A DNA stretch of 63,851 bases, the filler included, from Cercozoa sp. M6MM (taxonomy: Eukaryota > Protista > Endomyxa: Ascetosporea), in assembly GCA_040357565.1 (NCBI GenBank). It is 10 parts of 10 records of this genome, joined end to end, with 100 filler letters (N's around TTAATTAATTAA, not from the genome) between each part and the next. Parts side by side here need not be neighbours in the genome. Positions count along the whole stretch, not along the records: positions 35,969 to 46,176 come from JBDODJ010000453.1; positions 46,277 to 50,043 come from JBDODJ010001322.1; positions 50,144 to 58,650 come from JBDODJ010000531.1; 7 more parts are not named here. One strand, written 5' to 3'. Every line of letters begins with the position of its first letter. Within the stretch, counting starts at the first letter, position 1. The notes beneath the pieces were generated by a model. The model made no database searches, was not told where the DNA came from, and was given only the letters and a program-made list of their open reading frames with translations. Positions 40,392-57,623 of the stretch are shown here, piece by piece. Both the position numbers and the translations under genes were made by a program.

Positions 40392-41582
40392 CTAAAATTC
40401 ATCATTTCCCGCCATCAAACGGCGTCTGAACCGCGAGACACGCTTCTTTGGCTTGTCAGGTTGCAGCACTTGATCGGAAGGTGCAGCAGCTGCGACTGGA
40501 GTGGACGATTGCGGAGTCAAACCCGCAAGGAATGGCCGCACGACAAAGGAGTCGACGTCTGCGTTTCTTTCGTGTTGATCCGAAGGCACTGGTCGGTTGC
40601 TCTGTTGCTGCGAGTTTGAGTCAGGAGCGGCGACACGGCCGGCTTCAGAACGCTCCTGTTCCTCGAGTCGGTCCAGAATATCAAACACAGTCGGATCCTG
40701 CTTGATTCGCATAAATTAGCATAATGCAATCTCAAGCAAAAAGCAGAAAGAATTACAATGTCTGGAAATGTCGTTTTCGCGTCGGGTTTCGTTGTTCTGG
40801 GTGTTTTTTCGTTTTTCGGAGACTGCTCGTGCTCAAGCTCGACGATTTCGACAATGCCGCTTTGCCTGTCACGACTCAGTACAGCTGTGACTTCGCCTTT
40901 CGCATTGCGCACACGGTGAACTTCGACCTGCTCGCGCGCACGCTGCAGGCTTTCGCGCACCTGACGCTCGTCCTGCGGAACTTCAGCTGGAACTTCGGCT
41001 GGCACTTCAGCTGGCGTTTCTGACTCCTCGCGTTTGACGTGAGAGGTCGTTTCGCTGGTACTTTTGCTGTTTTTGGCTGCTTCGGGATCGAGTTGTTCGA
41101 TTTCGCGCCGCGTGTGCTCCAACTCGTCGCGCAGAACGGCCATGCGACGCTGCAGGACGCCACGCGCGTACCGCGGCGATACCTCGTGTGCGTAGTACTC
41201 CGAGCCGATTTCGAGCGACACTGGCTTCTCGGAAAGCAACGTACCACCGCGAATAAAGGCGCTAAACAGAAAAGAAACATTTATTCTGTGTCAATAAAAC
41301 ACGCAGAGTCTCAACTCACCACGAGTTGAGCGGAATCGCTACGTGTTCGACATTCCTGCTTGGCAGCTCGGACAGAAACGAGCACACGTCGTTTAAATCG
41401 TCCAAAAAGTCGCGTTGCAATGCATGACGATTGTAAGCGTCCTCACGCCGCGTCAGCGACGGCAACGCCGTGATCTGAGCGCCTTGTTGCGACAACACGA
41501 GCGAAAAATCGTCATCGTCGCCCCGGACATCCGTGAAGAGCCCTGGCCAGCGGCGGAGCAGCGCCTCCGCGTCGTTAGACAT
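40392..41582 (-). CDS. URI1: Unconventional prefoldin RPB5 interactor (URI1/Bud27)
   Basis: Spliced alpha-prefoldin domain VAIPLNSCAFIRGGTLL...LEIGSEYYA...ARGVLQRR, then GIVEIVELE, and C-terminal URI-box-like KKRVSRFRRR. Confidence 0.8.
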
Positions 41583-41763
41583 TCAGCACACCTGCACACT
41601 ACTTAACGCTTCGTGATAGCAGGGCCCACTGGTTGAGATGAGAAAGAGTGTTTTTCGCGATTGTCAACTGAAGTTTCGTTTGGATTATTACCGTACGTTA
41701 CGTTATTTAGTTTCATAAGTGTAACTCAGACACGGACAACTCAGACAAACTCAGACGATTCAC

Positions 41764-43872
41764 TCAATCACGAGCGACAAAGGACTGCACGCCCACTGCA
41801 TTATCGACCATACCACGAATGATATCTATCGTGCGACCCTCGTCGCTGTGAATGTGCAGTGGCGTATTCTCTACAGAACCAATGACAGTTGTATTCAAGA
41901 CCACACTTCATGCAAAAACAACGCGAACAGTACCAGGCGTGGCAGACATGTTCCACGGACACAGTACTGGGTGTTCTGCGCTCATGACGGGGATCTCGAC
42001 ATGCAAGCTCCTGCGTGCATTGTGCAGATTCGCAGGAACAGCGGTGCCGTCGTGCACACACTTCAGCAGCTCGGACGGTCGTGGCATTGGCATCGGGACT
42101 GGCTGCATCCACTCTTGCGACGACGCCGGCGATTGGAGAACCTAAACACAATTAATTAAACTACACTTAGGGTTTAGGTTGATTCAATAAATGGAAGAAC
42201 TCACCAATGACATCAAGGCATCGACGTCATCCTTCGTAACTGGCGTTTCAACAGTAGTTGTTGACAAGGCCATCTCCCTTTCGATGAACTCAGTCACCTG
42301 AAAGTACCACTCTCGTTCTCTGATGTTCTTCTCGAAACTAAATGAGAGCAACCCAAGCGCGAAAAAAAAACGTACCCTTTGCTTGTGCTGCTCGGTGTGT
42401 AGGCGCGCAGCTTGCGAGTCCATCTTGTGCACGCGAGCGACATGTCGAATGTAGTTTCCAGCACGAACGAACGTCTTCTTGCTGCACACACAGATACAGA
42501 TAGAATGACCTTGCACAACTGACGATCTCGCGTCTAAACTGGCAGAGTGTGAGATACCAGTTTGAGCAAGAGAACTTCGGGTTGGCGTGGGTCATCAAAT
42601 GGGCGCGCAGCTCATGCGGCGCTTGCTGGAAAGAGCAAAAGAGTAGTAAAACGTCGGTTCGAGAGTTTAAAGTTGTTTCGACAAAAAGAGATGTACCATA
42701 GCTGCCGAGCAATGCCGACAACGCCAGATTTTCGACGATGCAGTTGCCTGTGAAACAATCGCACAGTAAACTGACGCTATCATTTTTTAAAACAAATACA
42801 AAGCGTACAACAGCGATCTCTTTCTCTCTTTTGTGAATCTTGACGTGCTGCAGCGAATTTCAGTTTGTATATCTCCCTTCCCATCGCCCCGGCGCTCCGT
42901 ATTCAAAAAGCAAAGCAAGTGGTACACGATTGAGATTAAAGCGCCGTGAAAAGGATTTGCCGCAGTCAGGACACGAGAAAGGCTTCTCACCCGTGTGCAC
43001 TCGCAAGTGGCTCTGTTGAGAGAACACTCTTGGATTTCTGCCCCCCCCCCCCCCCGTGTGTGCCCTATCTACCTCAAGATTCTGCTTTGTGACAAAGGTG
43101 CGTGCGCATTCGGAGCAACGGAAGCGCTTCTGCCACAACAACGTTTGCCTTGCAACAACACAATGAGAAATAAAAAACAAAACTTGAGGTACCTCGCCAC
43201 GATGAACACGCAGATGCACGTTAAGATTGCCGCTCTGTGAAAACGAACGATTGCAAATGTGACATGTGTGACTCTTTGTTGTCGTTCCTTGTCTGCCGTC
43301 ATGAAAAGAGATAAAACCCACATGCTGATAGGAGGAGAGAGAGTACAGCTCGTCATCAGTAGTTTGCACGGTAAATGTTGCCACCTGCTGTTGCTTTTGC
43401 TGTCGTTGTTGTTGTTGCTGCTGCTGCTGCTGCTGCTGTTGTTGCTGTTGCCACGTTGGAGACGACGCTGGTGGCCAGCCGATCTCGTGTTGCCCGTCTT
43501 CGACCAGTGAATCGTGTGTTTCAGTTCTCCTGCCAGCCGTCGCAGTCGCAGCCTGGAAGTGCAGAAAAGTAACACAGGTGCAGCAGTGCAAACACAGGCG
43601 GGACTCACTTGATTGGTGGCGATTGCCTGACTGTCGTTGTTGGAATCACTTGGCGTCCTGATCATGAAGGATTCATTGAAGATTCGGACATTCATCACAC
43701 ATTCAGAACTCAGATTGATGAAATTTGTAGCATACATGATGTTTTCTTCATGAGCGCCGTTATTGTTGACGCTGTTGACAGAGAGGACCTGGTGCATCAA
43801 AAGGTTGGCCCGCTTTACAACAGCCGAGAACTGTACCCCAAATGCCGCACTTAACAACGCAATAGACGCCAT
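41764..43872 (-). CDS. C2H2 zinc-finger transcription factor (about 5 fingers, poly-Q)
   Basis: CHICNRSFSQSGNLNVHLRVH, CSEC..HLRVHTGEKPFSCPDCGKSF, CRHC..HLMTH, CSNC..HVARVH. Start uncertain (43872 or 43797). Confidence 0.9.
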
Positions 43873-44122
43873 GTAACCGCCCAAAGTGCATACAGAGCTG
43901 CTGGGGGCCCAAAGAATGCACTAACACAGCCACTGTTTGATAATCAGACCGAAGAAGAAAAAAAGCGACTGCCCGCGGTCTGGCTGATCGCGGCTGGTCA
44001 GATGGGATGATCGCAGTAAAATTCGATCAAGATCATGTGACTGCTACGATTCCGACGCGTGTTACGTACTCGACGTCAAAGAAGATGGGACCGGCTGTCG
44101 GTTACCGACCCAAGAGTATGGA

Positions 44123-45223
44123 CTAACCAATCATCGTGCGCTTGCGACCTCGTGCGCGTACCTTTTCAAGCCGCTTGAAAATCTCGTCCCGCTTGTTGCC
44201 GATCCGATCAGTGTAAACGCGCTGCAGTGCCGTGATCAGTTCTTCGCTGTTTGTGTGAGTCGACGAAAACGCTCGCTCAAGCACCTGAGATCAGACATCA
44301 CATCAAAAAGGCAGTGGGCTAAATGATCGGGGAGTATGATTGAGAGCAAGTGGTAGTACATAAAGATCGACAGCCTTGTCCTCGACATTGGCGTTGGCCG
44401 ATGACAGGCCGAAGTCGATCATCGTGACAACTGGTGCGCCAGACTCGGAGCTGCTGACCACAAAGTTGCTTGTAGTGAGATCGCCGTGAACTAACTCTCG
44501 CAAGTGCAGTTCGGCCACCAGCCCGCCTGCTCAAAAAGAAGCAACAACTGGAAACTCTGTGGTCGAACTGACTTGTTTGTGGTACCCATCTGTTCGGCAA
44601 GTCTGACGCTCTCTTCTGGGTCTAAGTACATAGACACCACTCGCAAAACCACGTAAGTTACAACGAGGCAACTCACAGACGCCGTCTTCAGTGATTTGCT
44701 CTCGCAGCGCTTCTTTCACGGTGCGGCCGTGAATGTGCTCCACAAACAGCAAGCTGCAACAAAAGGCGTATAGCTTAACGCACTTCAGAGTAACTCCCCC
44801 CAAAGAAACTCAAAGAAACCCGACTCGAGTCAAAGCAACTCAAACTTAAAGCAACTCAAACTCAAAGCGAAGCAACTCACTTGCGCGAAGCGTCCTTCCA
44901 GTACAGCTGCGGCGCGCGAATGCCGTGCTTGTGGCAGCGCTCTAACATGCGCGCCTCAGCGTTGAGTCGCTGGCGAGTCAGCATGGCATCGAGCTGCGGG
45001 TGTCGCCAAGTCTTGGCGAAACGCTGCTTGACGACGCACTCTGTCACTTGCTCATGCGGCAATCGCACCTGCACGTGCACTCAGTCCTCGCGAAACACTT
45101 TCAGAACAGAGTGCACGGGAAGCATACGACAAACACTCGCCCTTCGGCACCTTGCGACAGCGTCGCAACGCGCGCTTCTTCGAGATTTACATCGCGGAGC
45201 ACCTGAATCGGCACAGGAGGCAT
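44123..45223 (-). CDS. BUD32: KEOPS complex kinase Bud32/TP53RK
   Basis: QGAEG, VKQRFAKTWRHPQLD, EARML, HGDLTTSN, IDFGL, EDKAVDLYVLERAF.STH, and C-terminal VRARGRKRTMIG*. Confidence 0.95.
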
Positions 45224-46129
45224 CTTCCCACGCGACTCCACTATAACAAGCTTCCTGCACTCTAAACTCAGAAGGAAGCACGCTCGAGTGTATGAACAGC
45301 CAGTAGGATGCCAAAAGCTGGTTTGTCAACTTGTTAAACTTTTTTGGTGGATACGGACTTGAGAAGAGTTTGGGATTTTGCATACGCCTGCCGCAGGCAA
45401 AGCTTAGGAAGGGTTGTAGAGCCCTGATTTTCGTTTTAGGTATCGTCACGTAAGCATGAAAACAAGTTTTGAAGTCGTCGCGAGCGTAGACGAGCTGCGC
45501 TTGCCGGGCGAAGCTGGAGGTGTGTATGAAATAAATATGTCGGTTATTCAGGAGTATATTTTTCAAAAATGGTCTCCGCAGACTTGGTGCGAAGCATGCA
45601 GCGTCGCGGTTTAGGGGTGGGATACACGAGAGGCCATGCATCAAAACACGCATTCGTTTTGGGTCAGGGTAGGATTCTCCCTTTGGTCTAGTGAATTCGC
45701 AACTGAATGCAAGCGATGCCTGTCTGTTCTAGACGTCTCTCCGTATCGAAAGGGAAGCACCACAATCGTTCCTTTGCGGGTTACGTTTCGACAGCGCTTG
45801 ACTCTGACTCGTACACTATTGACGCTATGTTTGTCCACTCCAATCGAACGGCGTACCTTTACTGTTTTCTTTTTCGCAGAGCGCAAGCAAGGGGACTGGA
45901 AGCCTCGACTAGCCGTCATCGATTTGATATGTATCATATTCGTACATTTATAGTATCAGTAGTGTACTTATGTCTGCAGGCAAGAACAGCGGCTCTGTGC
46001 GGCCAAATAGCGAGTCAGTGCGCGACTCGCTCAATGTGTCCGTCCACGCGCTGAAAAAGCACGTGCTCGCCTACGGAGTGATTGACCTTGCCCAGTTTGC
46101 TCATAGGTACCGTGTATCCAAAGCACTGT

Positions 46130-46176
<47 letters not shown>

Positions 46177-46699
46177 NNNNNNNNNNNNNNNNNNNNNNNN
46201 NNNNNNNNNNNNNNNNNNNNTTAATTAATTAANNNNNNNNNNNNNNNNNNNNNNNNNNNNNNNNNNNNNNNNNNNNTGGAACTGTGTTTCCTCACAGCGC
46301 ATCGGAAGCAAGCGCAAGAACGGCGCGAGGCGCAGCTGAGTTAATGAAATTGTGTCCAACACGTGTCAGGCGAGAGTTGGCGAATATTAAACACGAAAAT
46401 TGCCAAGTCTAGTCCGCGATTGAACATCTTACACGGTTATTTTCCCTAGATTTACTTAGAACGCCTGTCCAGAGTTCTCAGATTGGTCCAAGTGAATGGA
46501 AGACAGGATTCGAGAACAAGTCATATCGGTGTGGTTTTTTAATTTTGGGAGGTCTTTCTGGGGCACTTCGTCATCTGCAGGTCCTTCTCGGTGCACTTCG
46601 AGGTGTCGGTGCTCCGCAGACGTTGCTGTCTGCAGCTGCAGCTGACTGGTCGACGGGCGGCGTGCTCGTCAAGGCCTTTCGCGCTGACCTGGCACTTCA

Positions 46700-48111
46700 T
46701 GAGTGAGTCAGTTCATTTCCTGTGCACGCCCGCCTTGGCCCTTAAACCCCTTTAACCCCTTTAGCCCCTTGAGCCCCTTTCGCCCCTTTATGTTAATCTG
46801 TTCCTGTGACTACCTTCTCTGTGCTGTTTGTATCGTCTAAAAAAGGTACCTGTCGGAACACCCGGTAGAGCGACTCGAGGACTACGACGACGTGATTTGC
46901 GAACTCGCTCGACTGCACCTGTTCAGCGACTTTCACGTTGTGGTGTGTGTGTGTATACTCCCCTCCCACCCCTTACCCTACCCCTTATCCCTTACCCTCA
47001 CCTCTACCCCTTAACCGCTGTCCTATCCTGGACTGCTGCAGCACCTGGCCATCCTGCCGCTGTGCTACCTGTCACGGCGAGGCCGACTCGAGTCGGTGCG
47101 ACCGCTGGTGCGTTTCTTGCAGGAGCGACTCCACATGGCGCGTTTCTCGCCCTGCAAGGCCTCCTTCTTCAATGTGTGCACACGCTATCTTCCCTAGCCT
47201 TTCCCGTTTCCCCCTTTACTCCCCTGCGACTTGCGACTCTAGTGGAAGAACGAACTGATTGTGCCGATCGAGTTCGCGCGTGACTACGCCGAGGTGTACG
47301 CGCGACTGGTCGAAGTGATACCGTAGGCAGACTTTACCCCCCCCCCCTATCCCCCTTGCTTCTATGTTGCCTATGCTACCCCGCAGGGTACAGGAGAGTG
47401 GCAGGTACTTCAAGCACTGCGGCATGTTTCCGCTGCTGTTCTCGGCGAGTGCCGAAGCTTCCGCGCGGAGGGTCAGACGACTTCTGCAACGTCAGCCCGC
47501 GTGTCCGATCGATTTGGCGCTGTGTCACTCTCTCGCCATGCAGCGTGGGCTGTTCCTTTTTGTGCTGAACCCCCTACCTCCTTACCCCCTCCTCCCTACC
47601 CCCTACCCCCACCCCCTACCCCCTACCCCCTACCCCCTTCCTGCAGGCGAGTGGCCCGAGTTGACCGCGGTGCTGCTGGAGGAGGGCAGTGTTCTCACCA
47701 ACGTCGAGGCCTTTGGGGACGACGTGATGCGGTCGGTCTGGCGACTGCCGGCGCGGCTGCTGCGTGCGCTGGCACGCGTGGTATGTACCTCTCCCCCTCC
47801 TCTCTTTTGTATTCTTTACACCCCTCCCCCGATATAGGATCTGCCAGATATCGAGGGCGAGTTCGAGTTTCCGCAGATAGAGCTGCCGTGTCGGCACTTT
47901 GACCTCGTGTGTCTGTACCTCTCTCCCCAGTCATACGTATTTATACCCTGCAAGTATGCTTGCACGTACCCCACCCAGTGCGGTACGCAACCTGCGCAAG
48001 ACAACGACGTCGACGGCAGAGACGCGACGTGCGCTGCGAGCACTCTACAGGCAGCACGGCCACAACTGCGCAGTCGCTCAACTCAGCACCTACTGTGTGC
48101 TGCCCAGGTAG
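46700..48111 (+). CDS. Uncharacterised protein
   Basis: About 8 GT-AG exons (YLSEHPVERLEDYDDVICELARLHLF; WKNELIVPIEFARDYAEVY; ...STYCVLPR*). No family recognised. Confidence 0.6.
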
Positions 48112-48673
48112 AGTACAAGGGGACGGGAGGGTATCGGGGGGGGGGGTAAGAAGGTGAAGAGTTGTCCCATAGCGAGCCGCGAGTGCAAGCACTGCCGCAA
48201 CGCGCCCGAGCACTGCTGATGGAGGTGTTTTCATCTTAATTCTGTCTCAGTGTCGCCCCTTTAAGTAAGGTTATTATTACTGACGTAGGAACTGGACACG
48301 GATGAGTGTCTGTTGCAGTCGGATGTGCTTCATGCCGTCGTCTACAACTTTCTGTCGGACCTGGCGTACTCTAGGCTGAGTACTATGACTGTTGGGCATT
48401 TCAGTGATTGTTGCTGACTGGGACAGATGCATCTCAAGTCTCGCACAAGTGCGCACGCCCAGGACTGTCGCCGCACTCGGTGTTCCGACTAACAACAGCT
48501 GATGCACCTAACTCCGCTAGCTATCATTGTTTCAAGACGACATATTCTTCGAGTAAACACTTGGGGTCAAAACAACATGACGTTTCTTGTCAGTTTCGGT
48601 CTCCAGATTTTCCCTGCTGTCCGGCGAGCTTTTGCAAGATTACTGTGTGCACACGTGTGCTTGCGTTAATCAA

Positions 48674-50037
48674 ATGGGCGGAGGACGTGGTAGACGCATT
48701 AAAACGACACGCGGCCGGGTAGGTTTTTGGCTTCTCTGCACGAGACCCTTGGGTCAACATGCTTGTTTGTTCCTGTGTGTGTTGCGTTGCAGGGCAGTGG
48801 CAGGCACCGCCGCGTGCCATTTTCAGGCAAAGCCAAACGCGAGTACCTCAAGGTAGGAAGCACCTGTACATGCGGGTCAAACTGATCGGAGAAACGCTTC
48901 TGTGCGCAGGAGAAACGCGCCAAGAAGGCGCAGAAACGCCGCGAGCGCGAGAACTGGCCAGAGCCGGACGAAACGTCGCAAGAGCCCGGCGAGTTCCTGC
49001 TTGTGACGCCCGAGGGCGATCAGGTGAAACGCGCGGTGCCGAACCGAGCATTCGACGCCGAAGCGAGCGAAAGCGAGAGCGAAAGCGAAAGCGAAAGCGA
49101 TCGGAGTGATCAAAGCGATCATGATACCGATCAAACCGTCGAGCAGTCAGACGATCAAACCGTCGATCGAAGTGTCCCGGCGGACATGTTCGCCGCACTG
49201 ACCGGCAGTCGCGGCAATGCCGCCGCCTCGCTCATCACGGTGGTAGTTTTAACGCCCTTTAACCCCCTTCACCCCCCCCCCATTTCCCCCCTTCACCCCC
49301 TCATTACTCCCTCCTTTCCCCTCTNNNNNNNNNNNNNNNNNNNNNNNNNNNNNNNNNNNNNNNNNNNNNNNNNNNNNNNNNNNNNNNNNNNNNNNNNNNN
49401 NNNNNNNNNNNNNNNNNNNNNNNNTTTACCCCCCCCCCGCAAGCACAGTTCGCCCGAGAGTCGCCGAAAGAGATTCAGCGACGCAAGCGACTGTCGCAGC
49501 AGCCGATGCTGTAGTTTTACCCCCCTGCCCACTGCCCCCTTAACCTCCATACTCTAACTCCATGCCCCTTAACCTCTATACTCTAACCCCCTATACCCCT
49601 TAACCCCATATACCCCTTAACCCCTATACCCCTTAACCCCTATACCCTTTAACCCCCTTCTTACCCCCTTCTTACCCCCATGTGTGTGTGTGTGTGTGTG
49701 CGGCAGGGAGCGCACGGTGGTGCCGTACGCCGAGGCGGATCTGTACAACGCCGTGGTACGCATTCCCGAGAAACCGTCGTGGCGTCCGTCGCAGTCCAAG
49801 GAGGCCATTCAGTGCGTTTCACCCCCCCCCACGTGCCCCCTTGCCCCCTTAACCAACCCTTGGTGTCCCCGCGGATGGACAGGCAGCGGCAGCAGGAGCG
49901 GTTCCAGGAGTACCTGCGCCAGCTGTACGCGCGCTACGGCCGCGAGCGACTGAACCGTTTCGAGCACAATCTGCTGGTGTGGCGCGAACTGTGGCGCGTG
50001 TGCGAAACCTGCAACGCCGCCGCTGTCATCGTGGACG
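48674..50037 (+). CDS. GNL1: GNL1-like circularly permuted GTPase (YlqF/YawG family), N-terminal part
   Basis: RVPFSGKAKREYLK, RIPEKPSW, FQEYL..LYARY...LNRFEHNLLVWRELWRVCE..AVIVD. Truncated at the contig end. Confidence 0.85.
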
Positions 50038-50369
50038 GTTTCTNNNNNNNNNNNNNNNNNNNNNNNNNNNNNNNNNNNNNNNNNNNNTTAATTAATTAAN
50101 NNNNNNNNNNNNNNNNNNNNNNNNNNNNNNNNNNNNNNNNNNNCCTGTTTATCTCACTTTTTACCCTCCTTTTTACCTCCTGTTTATCTCCCTGTTTATT
50201 CCATGTTTACGTCCTGTTTATCTCCCTGTTTACCTCTTGTTTATCCCGTTTACCCTTCCTGTTTACCCCTCGATTACCCCTCTATTACTCCCTCTATTTA
50301 TCCCTCTCTTTACCCCTCTATTTACCCCTCTATTTACCCCTCTATTAGCCCTCTATTACCCCCTGATGT

Positions 50370-50460
50370 AGCAAACAAACGCGCACGCCACGCACGTCGG
50401 TCGGCAGTGTCGGCAGTACCTCGAGTACCCCTTCCATACAGACAGGCCTGTTGGTGCAGA

Positions 50461-50510
<50 letters not shown>

Positions 50511-50520
50511 NNNNNNNNNN

Positions 50521-50570
<50 letters not shown>

Positions 50571-50820
50571 ACAGCATCGCACTCGCGGCACTCGTCGATG
50601 GGACGCATGGGCTTTGGTAGATCTCGCTATAGCCTCCTATCCTCCCCAGCTTACCCCCCCCCCCCGACAGGTATCATTGAGTTGCCGCCACGATCGGCGC
50701 TGCGTCGCACCGGACGCATCTCGCACGATCACGAGAAGCAGGTGCCTTACCCTCCCTCAAACTACCCCTCTATCCCCTCTTACCCTCACTTGTTTCTCAC
50801 AGGACACGGCGGCAAAGTGA
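50370..50820 (+). CDS. 3' fragment of an uncharacterised gene
   Basis: Small GT-AG exons ending IIELPPRSALRRTGRISHDHEKQ|DTAAK*. Lies on a different contig from GNL1. Confidence 0.45.
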
Positions 50821-52171
50821 CCGTTCGTCGTGATTTCCGTTCTGCCGCTCAGCGCAGTACAAGCGTAGTTAGTTCAGTCTACTTAGAAACCAACTCTGTA
50901 GTCCCTGTACCAGTCCTACGTGGGTCCTCTTTTGAAGTTCGCCAGAACGTAACGTAACATCTTCTAAAGGTTGGCACGGCAGCGCACTACTCGAACTAGT
51001 CTAACGACACTTCGCTCTTCTTTCATCTCAGAGACTTCCAATCAGTCATGTCGAAGCAGCCTAGGCCTGCTTGTAAACTTACGCTTGGCAACTAATATAA
51101 CTCACTTAGGTTGTTGCTGTTGAACTCACTCAACGAAACTGAACTCGAGGTACCTGGCACGCATTCGGTTCCCCCACATATCTTACGCAGGGTTGTCTCC
51201 CTTCATCAGGCTATTGTTCGGGAACGGGACTTCGTACTCGTGTCGCATTTGTCACTGCGTTTTCTGTCTACTGTGTCCATTAAAATCAAGTACTTAATCC
51301 TCCTCCCCTGTCGTCGGGTACGTAATCCTGAGCTATTGTCTACTGAGTGCCATACAGCGCGATATCCTATTACACGGACACTTCAAACAGCGTGCCTAAA
51401 CTGTCAGATTTCTACACTTCGTTGATGGCGAGTCTGCGAGTAGTGACTTTAGTTACTCATGACCCGATAGCTCTTCCCTCATCTCCACAACTTTTTCTTG
51501 GATAGACCTGATTTGCCTGCGCATCGCCACACGCAATACAAAGCTGTCAGTCGACACGAAGAGTCGAGTGTTACTCTCCCAGTTGCTCCAGTAAAACTGT
51601 GGATGAGGGCGCTTCTGGAGGAACTTCAGGAGCAAGTGATCCCGACTGACCTGGCTCTTCTGCCGCAGTCGCTGCAGAGTTTACGGTCGCGACACTCATC
51701 GACAGCAGAACAGCGACAGCAATGTGTTTCATCTTGCCAGTGATGCGAGACTCGGGGCTAAGCCTGTACATCATAGCGATTTGACTGTGGATGTACTGTA
51801 TCGGTACTCAGGCATGTCGGGAAAACCGTCAGTATTAATGTTGTAAATTTACACAGCGTGAGTGACAGGGCACTTCGATGTGATTCTCGTTAGGTACGTC
51901 TACAGACACTGTACGGGTTTGCTTCTCAGACAGAGACAGTCGGAATCCACACTGAGCGTTGGGCAAGCACGTGTATAATTACAGACTGGGAAACTGTTTC
52001 AGCTAAAACAGAACGGAAGTGAAGTGACTGATCTCGGAGTAACACTTCTGAGCACCATCTCGGGTCTACGCTACCGTATTAACTATACACACTCGACTGC
52101 ACGTGCGATGCGATTTTTCGAAACCTAGGATAAGTACTAGCTGTAGCTATAGAAGTAGCGTTGGGCAACTT

Positions 52172-52960
52172 TCAGTAGTACTGGGGTGCGGTGTGCAAGT
52201 AAGAAACGCCTTGGCCTTGGCGTCGCGGCGGCAAAGGCGGTGGCATCTCAACGTGCCGAGGTGGAGCGCTCCTGTACACTTTGTATGGTCTGTGGGTCGC
52301 CGTTGGCGTGTTGTTGGCGCGTGGAACGTTAATTTTGTGCACGCCAACGTCGCTGGTTTCAGCGTCTGTTGCTGTCACCCTGGACAGGCTCGGGTTGTGC
52401 CTCGACATGTACAGTGCGTAGCTGTCATAGATGAGCCACCCCAGCACACAGAAGTGAAACAACAGCGACTCTCCCGCAAAGATAGCGACAGAAATCTCGT
52501 TGGAATATAGGATGCCCGGAGTAGCGGCAGCCTTTGTCACTACCCAGATATAGTTTACAACGTTTTCGACACAACATTCTCGAGACGGCAACATACGCAG
52601 GAAACTGTGTAGGATCGAGCCTATGACCAAAGGGTACGTGCCTAATCGCAGTGCCAGTGTAGGCATAGTCCACTCGTTTAGTTGCGGAAGGCCTGCACGA
52701 ATAGAAATAGGAATCTTAGTAAACTATGTGACTAACTGCACTGTACCAACAGCACATAGTACCACGGCAAACGCCCAGAAGAGCCGTAGTAGTTCGACTG
52801 ATCTCCAGAGATCTACCTCAAGACAGATGAACAAGCAAAATGATAGTCTAACCAAATAATGCATTAAGTACCTCTGACATGCAACATCGCGAGCGGCACT
52901 CCTGTGTGAACCACCAGCAGCCAATACGTCAAAACGTGCTGAACATATTCAGCACTCAAG
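52172..52960 (-). CDS. Uncharacterised multi-pass membrane protein with Pro-rich tail
   Basis: Hydrophobic exons (LLRLFWAFAVVLCAV; YPLVIGSILHSF; LLFHFCVLGWLIY) and a tail with PPPLPPRR...PQYY*. Confidence 0.5.
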
Positions 52961-53451
52961 TTGAGTCAAAGTCAGCAAACACAGCTGAACTCCTTTCGGA
53001 AAGAAACGATACAAGGTAGCGAACGCGGCGTGCGGGCGCTTCTTTGCCCAGCAACATCGTCCGTTGTCGTAAGCGTCGCTTCGTCTCAACGTATCTTGCG
53101 TCCTTCAGTTTTCATCGCTGTCAACTGACACATGCGAGTTCGGACTTTGTAATTCTCCTTCTCCATTTATCGATTGTCCTTTAGTATTTTCTGGGAACGG
53201 ACTCGATGCGCGCAGCGCAGACGTCGCAAACCGAAGACAATAATTAATTAAAATTCATCCAACATTCGCCCACGAAAGGAATTTAGAGTCCTAGCACTAC
53301 GCAGTGACACCTAACTGTGTTTTAGCCGGCGCAGGACACCCGGATGCGCCAAAGGCACGTATCATTGCTAGTCAACTGAAAGTACTCTGTAACGCTCTTT
53401 GGCGTCCGTGTTGTATTATGGTGATTCTTGAAGGCCCAAAATCAAACTGGG

Positions 53452-57318
<3,867 letters not shown>

Positions 57319-57623
57319 TTGCCAAAAAGTCAGCGTTCTGAGTCTGCTGCCGAGACGTAAAGGGCAGGAAGAAGCCTTGCCGCCACCTATCTCAGAGCTA
57401 GATGTATCTTTATCAATCATTATACCGCCGCCCAGTCAAAATTGTTCGTTCCCGCGCGGAATAAAACATCAAAACACTCTGCTGTCTTTGACTGGAGTAA
57501 AGCTTGCTATGCAGCGTGGCAACGTGTGCTCGTTGCTTTGCTTGCAAGACGCACATATAAATGACGTATAAAACACATGGTGAAGATGTGGCCGGCGCAG
57601 CATTGAGTCGGTGCGGTGAAAAA

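Noticed and set aside
49540-49680. Telomeric repeats
   Set aside because: These are irregular C-rich units inside a GNL1 intron, part of the general intron class.
40392-50043. Functional cluster of translation/ribosome genes (URI1, BUD32, GNL1)
   Set aside because: GNL1 is on another contig, and housekeeping neighbours are expected in a compact genome.
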